Below, in pieces: positions 17,518 to 27,535 of a DNA stretch of 64,000 nt. The DNA is taken from assembly GCA_016789305.1 (NCBI GenBank), contig JAEURJ010000023.1, positions 732,084 through 796,083 on the forward strand, read 5' to 3'. The position numbers and the translations under genes are program-made. Position 1 is the first letter of the stretch, and every line of letters starts with the position of its first letter. This stretch comes from Anaerolineales bacterium. Lineage in GTDB: Bacteria; Chloroflexota; Anaerolineae; Anaerolineales; Villigracilaceae. Below the pieces are notes generated by a model, which saw only the letters and a list, made by a program, of their open reading frames with translations, was not told the origin of the DNA and did no database searches.

Positions 17518-18060
17518 TTATGGTGTTGCTGATTTGCGCGAGACGAGAACGCATTGTCGTAAGATGTCAGAGGCGCTTGAGCGTTTTACGAATTCTACTT
17601 TTGACATCATACCTTTTTCGGAATATGGCAAGACTAGTTTTCCATTTCTGGTACCGATAAGCGGAGAAAAATGACCTTGATCCAAGTCTGTATTATAAAA
17701 AACTATGGCAATAGTTTCTCGATCAATTGTCTTCAATAATTCGTTTGGCTGTATCGCAGGTTCTACTTTAATTCCATATTTCTGAGCGACGCGATAGCCA
17801 ATCTTTTCAATGTCCTTTGGGTTGCGATCTGGATCTGATAAAAACCTTACTGCGAGACCAAATTCATGCAAGGCCACTGCTAGCCAAATAGTGAAAACCC
17901 CATGTTTTTCTGTGTAATGACAGGCGCTTATTATTCTGTTTTGCGAAACACGCTTCTTGAAATACTGAAGAGCCGCCCATGCAGAAACTGGTCCGCAGTT
18001 TCCATCAATACGGAATAATTTTTTAGGAATCTCCAGAATCGTTGGAAAATCTTCTATCAT
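17518..18060 (-). CDS. putative papain-like (C39-like) cysteine peptidase
   Basis: N-terminal NCGP and C-terminal GHFSP catalytic-like motifs; AT-rich. Confidence 0.5.
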   Translation of the reverse strand: MIEDFPTILEIPKKLFRIDGNCGPVSAWAALQYFKKRVSQNRIISACHYTEKHGVFTIWLAVALHEFGLAVRFLSDPDRNPKDIEKIGYRVAQKYGIKVEPAIQPNELLKTIDRETIAIVFYNTDLDQGHFSPLIGTRNGKLVLPYSEKGMMSKVEFVKRSSASDILRQCVLVSRKSATP

Positions 18061-18077
18061 GTTATTTTATTTATGCG

Positions 18078-18114
18078 GCCTAACTTTAAATTAGACGGCG
18101 ATCCGTCTGTATAA
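18078..18114 (-). other. attI/attC-like site (GTTAGGC core)
   Basis: TTATACAGACGG-ATCG-CCGTCTAA-TTTAAA-GTTAGGC, ending 17 nt upstream of the peptidase ATG. Confidence 0.35.
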
Positions 18115-18177
18115 CTGTTTATAGAGCACCAAAGCGTGTCCCGTGATGAAAAGTATAGCATGGACACAAATGCTATT

Positions 18178-19191
18178 TTATTGATTCACAAAATCCACCG
18201 TGATATATCCGCCAAAATCGCTGTTTGCGTAATAGGCGTAACCCACGCCAAATTCTCCTCCGTAGGGATTCATCACGATGTCCCAATGCGGCGGGTCGGC
18301 GGCCCATTGATCCATTGCGTTTTGCGGGGTGCCGATGGCGATGATCTCCGAATAGCCGGAGGTACTGTATCCCGCGGCTCTGATGCGGTCGCCGATCCAT
18401 GAACCATCGGAGCCGGTGTGATCAAGGAAGTTGTTGCAGGCCATATCCGCGCTGTGACCTTGCGCGGCGGCGCTCAATTGTGCGTTGAGAGTCAATGCCG
18501 GGAGTTGGGCGGCGGCACGTGCCTGATTGATCAACGAAGCCAGTTGAGAAACATAGCCCGCGTTTTGAGTGTAATTGCAGTTGCTATTTCCGCTGGGCGG
18601 CAGATAGGGAGTGTTGACATTGCCGGAGCTGGAAGTTGCAGCTGCTCCACTGCCGACGACGATCTTCACCCAAAACGTTTTTTCGATTCCAATGGGGATG
18701 CTCTTTCCGTTTGAATCATTTATTGTGAAATAACCGGTGTACGTTCCATTGGATGAAGGGGCGGTCAACTCAACCGAAGCTTGCAGTTTGCTCTTCGGAG
18801 CCGTATCAGGTATCGGCGCGGAAAGAGGCGCGTTCATTTGGTCACCGGATGCAAAGGTGAGTGCATATCCAATCCACGGGCAGGTGCCGGTGTTTTGAAA
18901 TTCCCATGTCTTTGTAAATTTTTCGCCGGGATTTATTTTTGTGTTATCTGGAATGGTGACATCGCGCAGCAGCACGGCGCTGTTTGTGCAATTGGCCGGC
19001 GCGGTGACGGCGAGTGTGGGCGCAATGGTGATCTCAGGAATGGGAGTTAATGTGGCCGGCACAAAACCAGCTTTTGTGGGAATTAACGTTGCGGTGATAA
19101 AGTCCGGCCGCGGCGTGGATTGTGATGAATCCACTGAAATGGAAATACAGGAGGAAAGGATGAGGGTCAGGACAAGAATTGTTTTTTTCAT
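18178..19191 (-). CDS. lipoprotein with NBR1-Ig-like (FW) domain and CAP domain
   Basis: Lipobox ILSSC; DVTIPDNT...FTKTWEFQNTGTCPW; INQARAAA...HSADMA...DHTGSDG. Start placed at MKKTIL. Confidence 0.85.
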   Translation of the reverse strand: MKKTILVLTLILSSCISISVDSSQSTPRPDFITATLIPTKAGFVPATLTPIPEITIAPTLAVTAPANCTNSAVLLRDVTIPDNTKINPGEKFTKTWEFQNTGTCPWIGYALTFASGDQMNAPLSAPIPDTAPKSKLQASVELTAPSSNGTYTGYFTINDSNGKSIPIGIEKTFWVKIVVGSGAAATSSSGNVNTPYLPPSGNSNCNYTQNAGYVSQLASLINQARAAAQLPALTLNAQLSAAAQGHSADMACNNFLDHTGSDGSWIGDRIRAAGYSTSGYSEIIAIGTPQNAMDQWAADPPHWDIVMNPYGGEFGVGYAYYANSDFGGYITVDFVNQ

Positions 19192-19253
19192 TGTTTGTGT
19201 TGTTGGGGCACGGCGTCCCACAAGGGGATGATATCGCCGTGCCCTTACGATAA

Positions 19254-21464
19254 TTAGAACATCATCATCTGCCCTTTGGATTCCTCCACAGGGTCGCTGG
19301 CGATCTGTTCTTCGAAAGTTTCGCGCGTCAAGATCGGGACCTCGAGCAGGGTGCGCAGCAAGCGATATTTCACTACTCTGTATTTTTTCATCTCTTCCCC
19401 AAGCGCTGGATCGCGCATCTGCTTGTAGGCAGCCAATGCAGCCCGCCCGCCAGGGATGACAAATACCGTTTGATTATCAACATTTTCCAACGCGCGCCCG
19501 AGCAGCGCAGAGGCAAGCACATTGAATTTTCTGGCAGCTTTTCCGTTGTCCTTCCAGATCAATATTTTATCCTGACGAGTGGATTGATACTTCAACCTCT
19601 TTCCAAGTGTGGTCAGGTTCTTGAAAACATTTTCCATTTCGTTTCGTCGTGCCGTCGCAATATCTTCGTCACGCAGCTTCCAGCGTGCACCGTCTTTTTC
19701 TGCATATGAATTAAGCACGGCATAGATCAGTCCCTTGGAAGGAGCCATCAACCCGGGAAAGCGCGGATACAGGTCCTCCTCCACATCCAAAAAGATGGCG
19801 GCTGGATTTTTTTGCAGATAGTTCACTACTGCAATTTCCACGCGATCCGACAACGATTCGTCTTGAGAAGCCTTCGGAGAAATGGAGAGTCCCCACATGC
19901 CCGTATCCACACCTTCGCCGGTTGAATAATGGATGAAAGTACCATCAGCCTTTAATGCAGTCTCAAACAGATTTTGGATCCTGCGCAGCGTTTCATCAAA
20001 TTCAACCTCTGGCTGCTTTAATGCGTCTGACTGCGCACACGCGATCAGCCCGGCAAGGTGCAAATGCAAATATCCGGCAGGCTCGCCGCGTGCAGATAAA
20101 AATTCATGCATCGCCTTTCGTACACTCTCGACTTCAACCGGGTTTGGTTTAGATTTTTGTCCGCTCTTCCAAATGATCTGCACCGGGTCGTGTTCGGTGC
20201 GCACGGCAACACTTTGCAGTTGAAACCCAGCGGTATGCGCAGCTGTGATGGCTGAAGTCATAAAGGCGGGCTCTGGTTCGGGGAGCAAGGCAAACATGGG
20301 GACGTTGTCCGGCAGCAATTCGTTCAAGTGTTCAAACATTGCATACAGCGCCGTTGCACTCCAAGCCCAATCGTATCGTCTGCGGCGCAGCGCAACTTTG
20401 TACGGCTCCACGGCTTCGCTTCCCCACAACCAGCCGGACCACAACGCGGAAAGAGTCCAAAACGCCTGATTGGGACGCGGCACCGAGGCGATCACTGCTG
20501 CAATCGGAATTTCTCTTTTGACTTCATGTGCAAGATCTCTGAGACGACCTTCGTAGATGCAAATGCCGCCGCTCTCCGGGATTTTTTTGGGCCACGCTTC
20601 AAACGGGACCGTTCCGCCTGTTCCCGTCCAAAGGCTTAATCCATGCTCAAGCATCATCCACACATTGTTCTCGCGGAATTGACCCGGCGTGGAAAGCTGC
20701 TTGGGCCTCGGCCTCTCCAACGGATGTGCCCAAAGCGTATTGCCTGCGTCACAAGCGAGGAGCACAAGCGCGGTCAATGCACGTTTTCGTTCAGCAGATA
20801 AACCCAGGCTGGCAAGGCGGTTGGTGATCGTGGTCAATACATACAGCGGACGCGGCAGATAATGTTGGATGGCCTCTTCCGCATAGACTCGATCTTCATC
20901 GTTTAATGCGACCACGCGTTCAAAGGCACGGGAGCGGTGCAGTGTATCGGTTTCGGCGATCTTTCTGGCACGCTCTTTATCTTCTTCCGTGGCGATTCGT
21001 TCGCCGGAATCGCCACAGTGTTTGCAGTCATAGATGCGGCCATAGGGTACATCTTCGTCCTTGCGCCAGAGAAAAGCCTGCGCCTCGATTTGTTGATTAC
21101 ATTTTTCGCATGTGGTGAGGTAAAGAGATTGAAGATGTGTGCCGAGTCGTTCATCCCTTTTTTTGACGGCGCTGAGGTCTGCCAAGGCTGCGATGAACTC
21201 TGATTCAGGCGGCGGGTTGGCGAAGGTCTCCAGCAGGAAACGTGTGATGGGATTGTTGACCGTCACCAGCACGCGGAATCCACTGCGCGCGGCTTCGAGA
21301 ACGAGTCGCGGGGAGAATCCGAATGGGTCGAGCAGCCAGTTGCCGGTTAAGGTCTGATGCGAAAGCCACGCGGAGATGACTCCCTCTTCCAGCGGAGGAA
21401 GGAATCTTGCCAGCGGACCGGAGTCGGCTGGTTTTAATCCAGTGATGTACTGCTGGTGTTCCAT
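19254..21464 (-). CDS. inactivated adenine DNA methyltransferase-like protein with Zn ribbon (COG1743-like)
   Basis: LLDPFGFSP..EAARSG at motif I, CxxC...CxxC, and SVPRP where DPPY is expected. The start at MEHQQ (21464) is uncertain; the ORF is open to 21629. Confidence 0.6.
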   Translation of the reverse strand: MEHQQYITGLKPADSGPLARFLPPLEEGVISAWLSHQTLTGNWLLDPFGFSPRLVLEAARSGFRVLVTVNNPITRFLLETFANPPPESEFIAALADLSAVKKRDERLGTHLQSLYLTTCEKCNQQIEAQAFLWRKDEDVPYGRIYDCKHCGDSGERIATEEDKERARKIAETDTLHRSRAFERVVALNDEDRVYAEEAIQHYLPRPLYVLTTITNRLASLGLSAERKRALTALVLLACDAGNTLWAHPLERPRPKQLSTPGQFRENNVWMMLEHGLSLWTGTGGTVPFEAWPKKIPESGGICIYEGRLRDLAHEVKREIPIAAVIASVPRPNQAFWTLSALWSGWLWGSEAVEPYKVALRRRRYDWAWSATALYAMFEHLNELLPDNVPMFALLPEPEPAFMTSAITAAHTAGFQLQSVAVRTEHDPVQIIWKSGQKSKPNPVEVESVRKAMHEFLSARGEPAGYLHLHLAGLIACAQSDALKQPEVEFDETLRRIQNLFETALKADGTFIHYSTGEGVDTGMWGLSISPKASQDESLSDRVEIAVVNYLQKNPAAIFLDVEEDLYPRFPGLMAPSKGLIYAVLNSYAEKDGARWKLRDEDIATARRNEMENVFKNLTTLGKRLKYQSTRQDKILIWKDNGKAARKFNVLASALLGRALENVDNQTVFVIPGGRAALAAYKQMRDPALGEEMKKYRVVKYRLLRTLLEVPILTRETFEEQIASDPVEESKGQMMMF

Positions 21465-21573
21465 CTTGGGTTTAAGTATACCCAGAGCGGCCACAAATTG
21501 CTCTTTTTCATACGCGGGGAAGAGCAATTTGTGACCGAGGGTATTATATACATCCCAAGAGAAAAGCTTGTAT

Positions 21574-22254
21574 TTACTTTTTTGCGGAAAAGATTTCAAA
21601 AAGCGGGATGGGCCAATACAATGTGGCAATGGGTTGAAGTTTGCTGGTCTTCATAAGCTCGGCCTTAATCTCGGCGATGCCGCGCTCATGATACGCGCCG
21701 GAATATTCCGGTCCCGCTACTTTGCGGCCGATTTTGTAAAGAATGTTTTCAGTCGGTCCGGAAACGATCAATTGGCCGCCTGGTTTGAGAAGCGTTAACA
21801 GCTCGTTCAACGTGCGCGGAAGATCATGCACGTGTTCGAGCACATCCAATGCAATGATCAGGTCGAAGGAATTTGCAGGAAGATCGGTGATGACGGTTTT
21901 GGTCGCGTCTTTGACGTCGACATTTTTTGCCAGCGGAATATATTTTTGCACGCTTTGGATCGGAAGAAGGTCCACATCCATGGCGGTCACCTGTGCGCTG
22001 ATGCTGGAAAGATAGGGAAGCATCACGCCGCTGCCGCAGCCGAAATCGAGAATGTTTGTGTAGGATGTGGGACTTTGAATATATTCCATCACCTTGCGGA
22101 GTCGCTGCCAGAACAGCCAGTTGATGATCGGGTTGCGGTGTGAATACGCCGGGAAGGCGGCTTCATCTAGACGGCCTTTTTCAGCCTCGGCAAGTACCTG
22201 TTGTATGGCGCTGCGATAACGGGATTTGTAGGTGTTGAATTCTGTTGATTTCAT
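21574..22254 (-). CDS. class I SAM-dependent methyltransferase
   Basis: ILDFGCGSG, DVLEHV; ATGA overlap with the GT2 gene. Confidence 0.88.
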   Translation of the reverse strand: MKSTEFNTYKSRYRSAIQQVLAEAEKGRLDEAAFPAYSHRNPIINWLFWQRLRKVMEYIQSPTSYTNILDFGCGSGVMLPYLSSISAQVTAMDVDLLPIQSVQKYIPLAKNVDVKDATKTVITDLPANSFDLIIALDVLEHVHDLPRTLNELLTLLKPGGQLIVSGPTENILYKIGRKVAGPEYSGAYHERGIAEIKAELMKTSKLQPIATLYWPIPLFEIFSAKK

Positions 22255-23216
22255 AATGGACTGCTGAGCGGCTGCCTTGGAGTGGATTTCATGTCGATTT
22301 CGATGGCGGATAGCATGATCTGGATGCCGAGGATCACAGAAAGCGTGGGCAGCATCACAGTTCCCGTGGGAGCCGGGATGTTTTTGCTGGCATACTCGAT
22401 CCATTTGATAATGCCAAAGGTGAGGCCAAATAATAACATGGGAATGCCTGTCACGATATAAAGCGAAGCGATCGAAAAATCGTAGATGTAATAATTGAGC
22501 AGAATGCGGCGCAGGAAGGTGCGAAGTAATTTGATTGGAAATTCAAACAGGGAACGGCGAATGGAAAGGTGTGAAGTTTCATTTCCGTATCTTGCTGGGA
22601 TGGGGACATCCATCACGAAGGCGTTAATTAAATATAAATTGGCGAGCATGGATGTTTCGAAAAAATAACGTTTATCGATTTTTTCAAGCGGGAGTTGATC
22701 AAGGATTTCGGTGCGAATGGCGAAGAAACCATTGGTTGGGTCAAAGATGTTCCAATACCCGGTGGCGACCTTGGTGAGGAAGCTTAATCCCAAATTTCCC
22801 ACTCGGCGAATGAAAGGCATTTTTTGCAGGGAAACAAAATCGCGAAATCGGTTGCCTTTCACGTAATCAGCCTTACCATGAATTAAAGGTGTAACCAGCG
22901 CCGGGATATGCGCGGCATCCATTTGACCATCCCCATCGAGTTTGACTGCGATCTGTGCACCAAGTTCCATCGCTTTGCGAAAGCCACTGATCATTGCACC
23001 GCCCACGCCTTGATTTTGGGAGTGCCGTATCAAAGTGAGGCGAATGTCCTTTTGGGCAAGTGCAGCTACCAGGTCCGCAGTGGAATCGGGCGAAGCGTCA
23101 TCCACGATAATAATATGCCTGATATAAGCGGGCAGCCCGGCCAGTACGTTTTCGATGTCCCGTTCCACGCGATATGCCGGAATAATAATGGCAATCTTAT
23201 AACTTTCCAAATTCAT
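22251..23216 (-). CDS. family 2 glycosyltransferase (GtrB/DPM-like, 2 C-terminal TM)
   Basis: IIIPAY, VDDAS, NQGVGGA, DGDGQMD, KGNRF. Confidence 0.92.
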   Translation of the reverse strand: MNLESYKIAIIIPAYRVERDIENVLAGLPAYIRHIIIVDDASPDSTADLVAALAQKDIRLTLIRHSQNQGVGGAMISGFRKAMELGAQIAVKLDGDGQMDAAHIPALVTPLIHGKADYVKGNRFRDFVSLQKMPFIRRVGNLGLSFLTKVATGYWNIFDPTNGFFAIRTEILDQLPLEKIDKRYFFETSMLANLYLINAFVMDVPIPARYGNETSHLSIRRSLFEFPIKLLRTFLRRILLNYYIYDFSIASLYIVTGIPMLLFGLTFGIIKWIEYASKNIPAPTGTVMLPTLSVILGIQIMLSAIEIDMKSTPRQPLSSPL

Positions 23217-23267
23217 AAGCGGGATTGTACTCGAAAAGATGATAGAATCATTCTAAAGGAACTAATT

Positions 23268-24446
23268 ATGGCGCCCGGGGAACGAATACTCATTGTTGAA
23301 AGCGATCCAGATATAGCAGATTTGATCGGACGGCAGTCCCTCAAGCCTTTGGGCTATCAGGTGGCTGTGGTGGGCGATGCGGCGTCCGCGATTAAAGCCG
23401 CGCTTCAATCCACCCCGGATCTGATCGTTGCCAATTTAAATTTACCCGGCCTCAGCGGAAAAGACCTGCTGGCGGCCTTGAACTCGCAAGGCGTGAAATC
23501 ACCGGTGGTGATGGTGGCGGAAAAAGGCCAGGAAGCTGATGCGTTGGTTGCATTTCGACTCGGCGCCACCGATGCGCTCTTTTGGCCTGCACGCGATGCC
23601 GAAGTGGTCGCCTGTGTGGAACGTGCGCTCAGCCAAACCAAGGAAACCCGCGAACGCCAAAAGCTGGATCGTCAACTTAAAGCCACCCATGAAGAATTAC
23701 AAAAGAGATTAAAGGATCTTGCCACATTGCTTGTATTGGGCAAGGCAGTGGTGACAATTACAGATCAGCGCCAGCTATTCGACAAAATACTGGAGGGGAC
23801 GTTACAGCTCACAGCCGCAGATATTTGCTGGCTGTTGTTGCGTGAAGAACGAAGTAATACCTTCCTGCTTCGTGCTCATCGTAATTTGCCGGATGCCTGG
23901 GCAAAGAAGATCAACCAGCCTGTGGATGATGGCATCAGTTCCCTGGTTTCCCTTTCCGGTGAAAGTTTGATGATGCATGGACAGCCGTTGCAGCAATTTA
24001 AAATCGCAGCGTTGGGTAAATCGGTTGGGGTGGTGCCGGTCAAGATCAAGAACGAAGTTATCGGGTTGATCATCGTGGTCCGAAAGAATGACGTGGAGAT
24101 CGACCGTGCCTCACAAACCTTGCTGGAGGCGGTTGCAGATTATTCTTCCATCTCTTTGGTGAATGCACGCCTCTTCCATGCGCTCGAGCAGACCTCCGAA
24201 AGCGCCCGAAGCGGAGATACACAACGGGTCGTGGCGCTTGATTCCATTCATAATTTGATCAAGGAAGAAGTGCAGGCCGCGACCTATCCCCTCAATCTTG
24301 TACTAACTGAAATGCCCGGCCCGTTGAACGGGGAACAACGAAAGGCGTTGGAATCCGTGCAGGCTGCACTTCAACGACTGGCTGTCAACTCTGGTAAATC
24401 TGCCGCATCTGATGCAACGATAAAAAACAAAAAAAAGAACGAATAG
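23268..24446 (+). CDS. atypical receiver-coiled coil-GAF signalling protein
   Basis: REC fold with LIVANL (no phospho-Asp), a GAF domain and a His-less HisKA-like tail. Start placed at MAPGE. Confidence 0.8.
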   Translation: MAPGERILIVESDPDIADLIGRQSLKPLGYQVAVVGDAASAIKAALQSTPDLIVANLNLPGLSGKDLLAALNSQGVKSPVVMVAEKGQEADALVAFRLGATDALFWPARDAEVVACVERALSQTKETRERQKLDRQLKATHEELQKRLKDLATLLVLGKAVVTITDQRQLFDKILEGTLQLTAADICWLLLREERSNTFLLRAHRNLPDAWAKKINQPVDDGISSLVSLSGESLMMHGQPLQQFKIAALGKSVGVVPVKIKNEVIGLIIVVRKNDVEIDRASQTLLEAVADYSSISLVNARLFHALEQTSESARSGDTQRVVALDSIHNLIKEEVQAATYPLNLVLTEMPGPLNGEQRKALESVQAALQRLAVNSGKSAASDATIKNKKKNE

Positions 24447-24459
24447 AATTTTCATCTTT

Positions 24460-25914
24460 ATGGCGAAACAAGACCTTATCCTCCTTGCGCTTGACGCATC
24501 ACCGATCCAGGACCTTATGGGCCGCACCCTTCATGCGGCTGGTTTTGAAGTAGCCATTACGCATGATCAGGATGGTTTGAAGAAATCAATGCAGGAGGCG
24601 ATTCCTGCATTGATCATTTTGGGCAGGGTCTTTGCCGGGCAGGATGGAATTGCAATTTCGCAGGAATTACTCGAACGCTTCCCAACCCTGCCAATCATTT
24701 TATACTCCGATGAAGATAAGCCCGATCTAGCGAAGATGGTCCTTAAAGCTGGGCTGAGCGATTATCTCCATCCGCCCTTGAAAATGGACGATATTTCCGC
24801 GGCGGTGACCAGATCGTTGAAGCGGGCACGCCAACTGGGCGATTGGCTTCGGCGGGAGGTAAAACGTACCACCTCCTCCCTTGCGGAAAAAGCCAAGATC
24901 TCGGAATCCGAACGCACCAAACTTGAAGCGATCATTGCCAACATTCAGGATGGTGTGATCGTGATGGATGAAAATCGAAATGTGCTGCTGATCAACCGCT
25001 CGATACGGGATATTTTCAATCTCGGCACAAAATCACTGAATGGTCGATCGGTGGAAGAGATCATTTCCAACGATGACTTGCGCGCACTGCTGGTCCGTAC
25101 CAGCGATAATTCATTGAAATATCATGAGATCAACTTTGATGATGGAAAAGTGTTCAACGCGCAGTACACGCCCATTCCCAAGATCGGTGCTGCGATCACC
25201 ATGCAGGATATTTCCTATCTCAAGGAATTGGATCGCCTGAAGAATGAGTTTATCCATACCGTCTCACATGACCTGCGTTCCCCGTTGACTGCCATTCTCG
25301 GCTACACAGAATTAATCGAACGTACCGGTCCTCTTAATGAGAACCAGAATGAGTTTTTGCATCGTTTGCAGGGAAGTGTGCAGCATGTAACTGTGTTGAT
25401 CAATGACCTGCTCGATCTTGGCCGCCTTGAAGCCGGGTTTGATGCGCGCCGGGATTCAGTCCAGTTGGAGAGTGTATTGAAATATACGCTGGATATGGTG
25501 GATCTTCAGGTAAAAAAGAAAAAGATCAAATTGATTGTGAATATCAATGGAGAGCTTAAACCCCTGCGTGCCAACCCGATCCGTATTCGTCAAATGATGG
25601 ATAATCTGGTTGGAAATGCCATCAAGTACACACAAAATGAAGGAACCGTAAAAATCGACCTGTCGATGCATGAGAATCAAGTCATCTTAAGAGTGGAAGA
25701 TAATGGCCCGGGCATTCCCCAGGAGGAGCAAAGCCGGGTATTCGAAAAATTCTACCGCGCCACTAATATGGCGGGGAATGAGGGAATTCAAGGCTCCGGC
25801 CTGGGGCTGGCCATCGTCAAGTCCATTGTGGACAGCCATCAGGGCAGGGTATGGGTCGAATCAACTGTGGGAAAAGGTTCCACGTTTCTTGTAATTCTGC
25901 CCATCGCGGAATGA
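24460..25914 (+). CDS. atypical REC-PAS histidine kinase
   Basis: HDLRSPL, NLVGNAIKY, DNGPGI, GSGLGL; the N-terminal REC lacks the phospho-Asp. Confidence 0.9.
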   Translation: MAKQDLILLALDASPIQDLMGRTLHAAGFEVAITHDQDGLKKSMQEAIPALIILGRVFAGQDGIAISQELLERFPTLPIILYSDEDKPDLAKMVLKAGLSDYLHPPLKMDDISAAVTRSLKRARQLGDWLRREVKRTTSSLAEKAKISESERTKLEAIIANIQDGVIVMDENRNVLLINRSIRDIFNLGTKSLNGRSVEEIISNDDLRALLVRTSDNSLKYHEINFDDGKVFNAQYTPIPKIGAAITMQDISYLKELDRLKNEFIHTVSHDLRSPLTAILGYTELIERTGPLNENQNEFLHRLQGSVQHVTVLINDLLDLGRLEAGFDARRDSVQLESVLKYTLDMVDLQVKKKKIKLIVNINGELKPLRANPIRIRQMMDNLVGNAIKYTQNEGTVKIDLSMHENQVILRVEDNGPGIPQEEQSRVFEKFYRATNMAGNEGIQGSGLGLAIVKSIVDSHQGRVWVESTVGKGSTFLVILPIAE

Positions 25915-25930
25915 TCCGAAGGAAATTAAA

Positions 25931-25972
25931 TAATAAAAGGAGTGCAGGCTTAAACCTGCACTCCTTTTATTA
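25931..25972. terminator. bidirectional terminator
   Basis: 18-bp perfect stem between convergent genes. Confidence 0.85.
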
Positions 25973-27475
25973 TGGCTGGACAAGATCGAGTTCAGGAATG
26001 GGCGGGAGGCTTTCAGTATACAGCCAGCCCTGAAAAAATTCCGCCAGGTTCTGCTCGCTGACTTCTTCAGCAGCGGAGATGAAGTCCTTGGTGGAGGCGT
26101 TCCCGCCTTTGTATCGTTCCACATAAGCTTTCAGGATGTTAAAGAACGCTTCATCTCCGACCTCGATCCGTAACGCATGAAGGGCAATTCCTCCGCGTAT
26201 ATAGACGCCGCCATTAAAGAGATCATCTGCCGGGGGCAAACCAGGCGGCGGGTAGTATTCCGGAAAGTTTGCCATATCTTCGTATTGGGTTTTGACCCAC
26301 TCATCCAGCGCGGCGCGACCTTGTGTATGTTCGATCCACAGGCCTTCAGAATATGAGGCGAAGCCTTCATTCAGCCAGATGTCGCTCCAATCAGCCACGC
26401 TGATGCTGTCTCCAAACCATTGATGGGAAAGTTCGTGAGCGACCGTTAACTCGGTGCCGCTCACATCTTCCGGGTCGACCATGTCCACGCCAAAAATGGA
26501 CATGGTTTGGTTCTCCAATGCGGCTCCAAAGTTGGTGTCCATGACCAGTGCACCGTATACCTCGAAGGGATAAGGCCCGAAAAGTTCGCTGAAATAATCG
26601 ATCATTTCGCCCTGCCGTTCGAATGGTTTGCGAATATCAGATGGCAGGCCGGTTGCGTAGTAATTCCGGATCGGCACACCGCTTTCGGATTGCATGGTTT
26701 CGGTGTCGAAATCATGGATGTTGATCGTGGTCAGATAACTGGCCATTGGATCTCGTAATTCAAATCGAAATGTGGAAGTATCCCCATTATCCTCGGTTTC
26801 CGTGAGCGTTCCGTTGGCTGCCACCTCAAAAGGTTTGGGTACCGTCACCAGAAAGGTGTAGTTCGCCTTGTCCAATGGGTGATCGTTGACAGGATAAAAA
26901 CTGGCTGAGCCATCCGGTTCACTGAGCACGAATATGCCAGCATCATAAGTAACCCAGCCTGTCTGCACAGGAAGCGCCACAGAGTTCATGATCTCAGGCT
27001 GGCCGTTGTATTCAACTATTACTTTGAAAGTTTCTTTGTTTGCCAAAGGAGTGGCGGGTGTGATGGTCAGTTCCTGCCCGCTGCGCTCGAATTCAGCCGG
27101 GATGTCGTTGACCATGATGCTTGTAATGTCAAATCCAATGAAGTCGAGATTGAAGCTGCTCAAATTCTGAATAGCTTTTACTTCAAGCGTGGTCACGGCG
27201 CTTAATTCGCTGGTCGTTACATCGTGAACAGTAATATCCAGGAGATAACTTTGTACATCGTAGCCGCCGTTGCCAAAGTCGGGATACAGCGAATCGCCCA
27301 TGCCGCTGGAGCCTGCATCTGGATTCGATGATGTTGATGATGCTGGAGTCGGGGTTTCCGAGGTTGTAACCGGTGTTTGAGTAATGCCCGAAGGAATCAG
27401 AGTTTTGCAGGCGAGTGTGACGGCAAGGATTAAAACAAATGCAATAAGTGCATGGGTGGTTTTGTGATTTTTCAT
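25970..27475 (-). CDS. M1 family aminopeptidase, lipoprotein
   Basis: Lipobox VTLAC, GAALEN, HELSH-x18-E (WLNEGFA). Confidence 0.92.
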   Translation of the reverse strand: MKNHKTTHALIAFVLILAVTLACKTLIPSGITQTPVTTSETPTPASSTSSNPDAGSSGMGDSLYPDFGNGGYDVQSYLLDITVHDVTTSELSAVTTLEVKAIQNLSSFNLDFIGFDITSIMVNDIPAEFERSGQELTITPATPLANKETFKVIVEYNGQPEIMNSVALPVQTGWVTYDAGIFVLSEPDGSASFYPVNDHPLDKANYTFLVTVPKPFEVAANGTLTETEDNGDTSTFRFELRDPMASYLTTINIHDFDTETMQSESGVPIRNYYATGLPSDIRKPFERQGEMIDYFSELFGPYPFEVYGALVMDTNFGAALENQTMSIFGVDMVDPEDVSGTELTVAHELSHQWFGDSISVADWSDIWLNEGFASYSEGLWIEHTQGRAALDEWVKTQYEDMANFPEYYPPPGLPPADDLFNGGVYIRGGIALHALRIEVGDEAFFNILKAYVERYKGGNASTKDFISAAEEVSEQNLAEFFQGWLYTESLPPIPELDLVQP

Positions 27476-27535
27476 TCTTTCTCTCCTAATATTGTAGAAT
27501 GTAAATACATATATCTGGTTCCGTACAGGAGACTT

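Noticed and set aside
18061-18081. dif/pdif site (GGCCGCATAA resembles a XerC arm)
   Set aside because: There is no XerD arm at 6-bp spacing.
22908-23267. N-terminal extension of the REC-GAF ORF
   Set aside because: It overlaps the GT2 gene on the opposite strand; the REC domain and an AAGGA RBS point to 23268.
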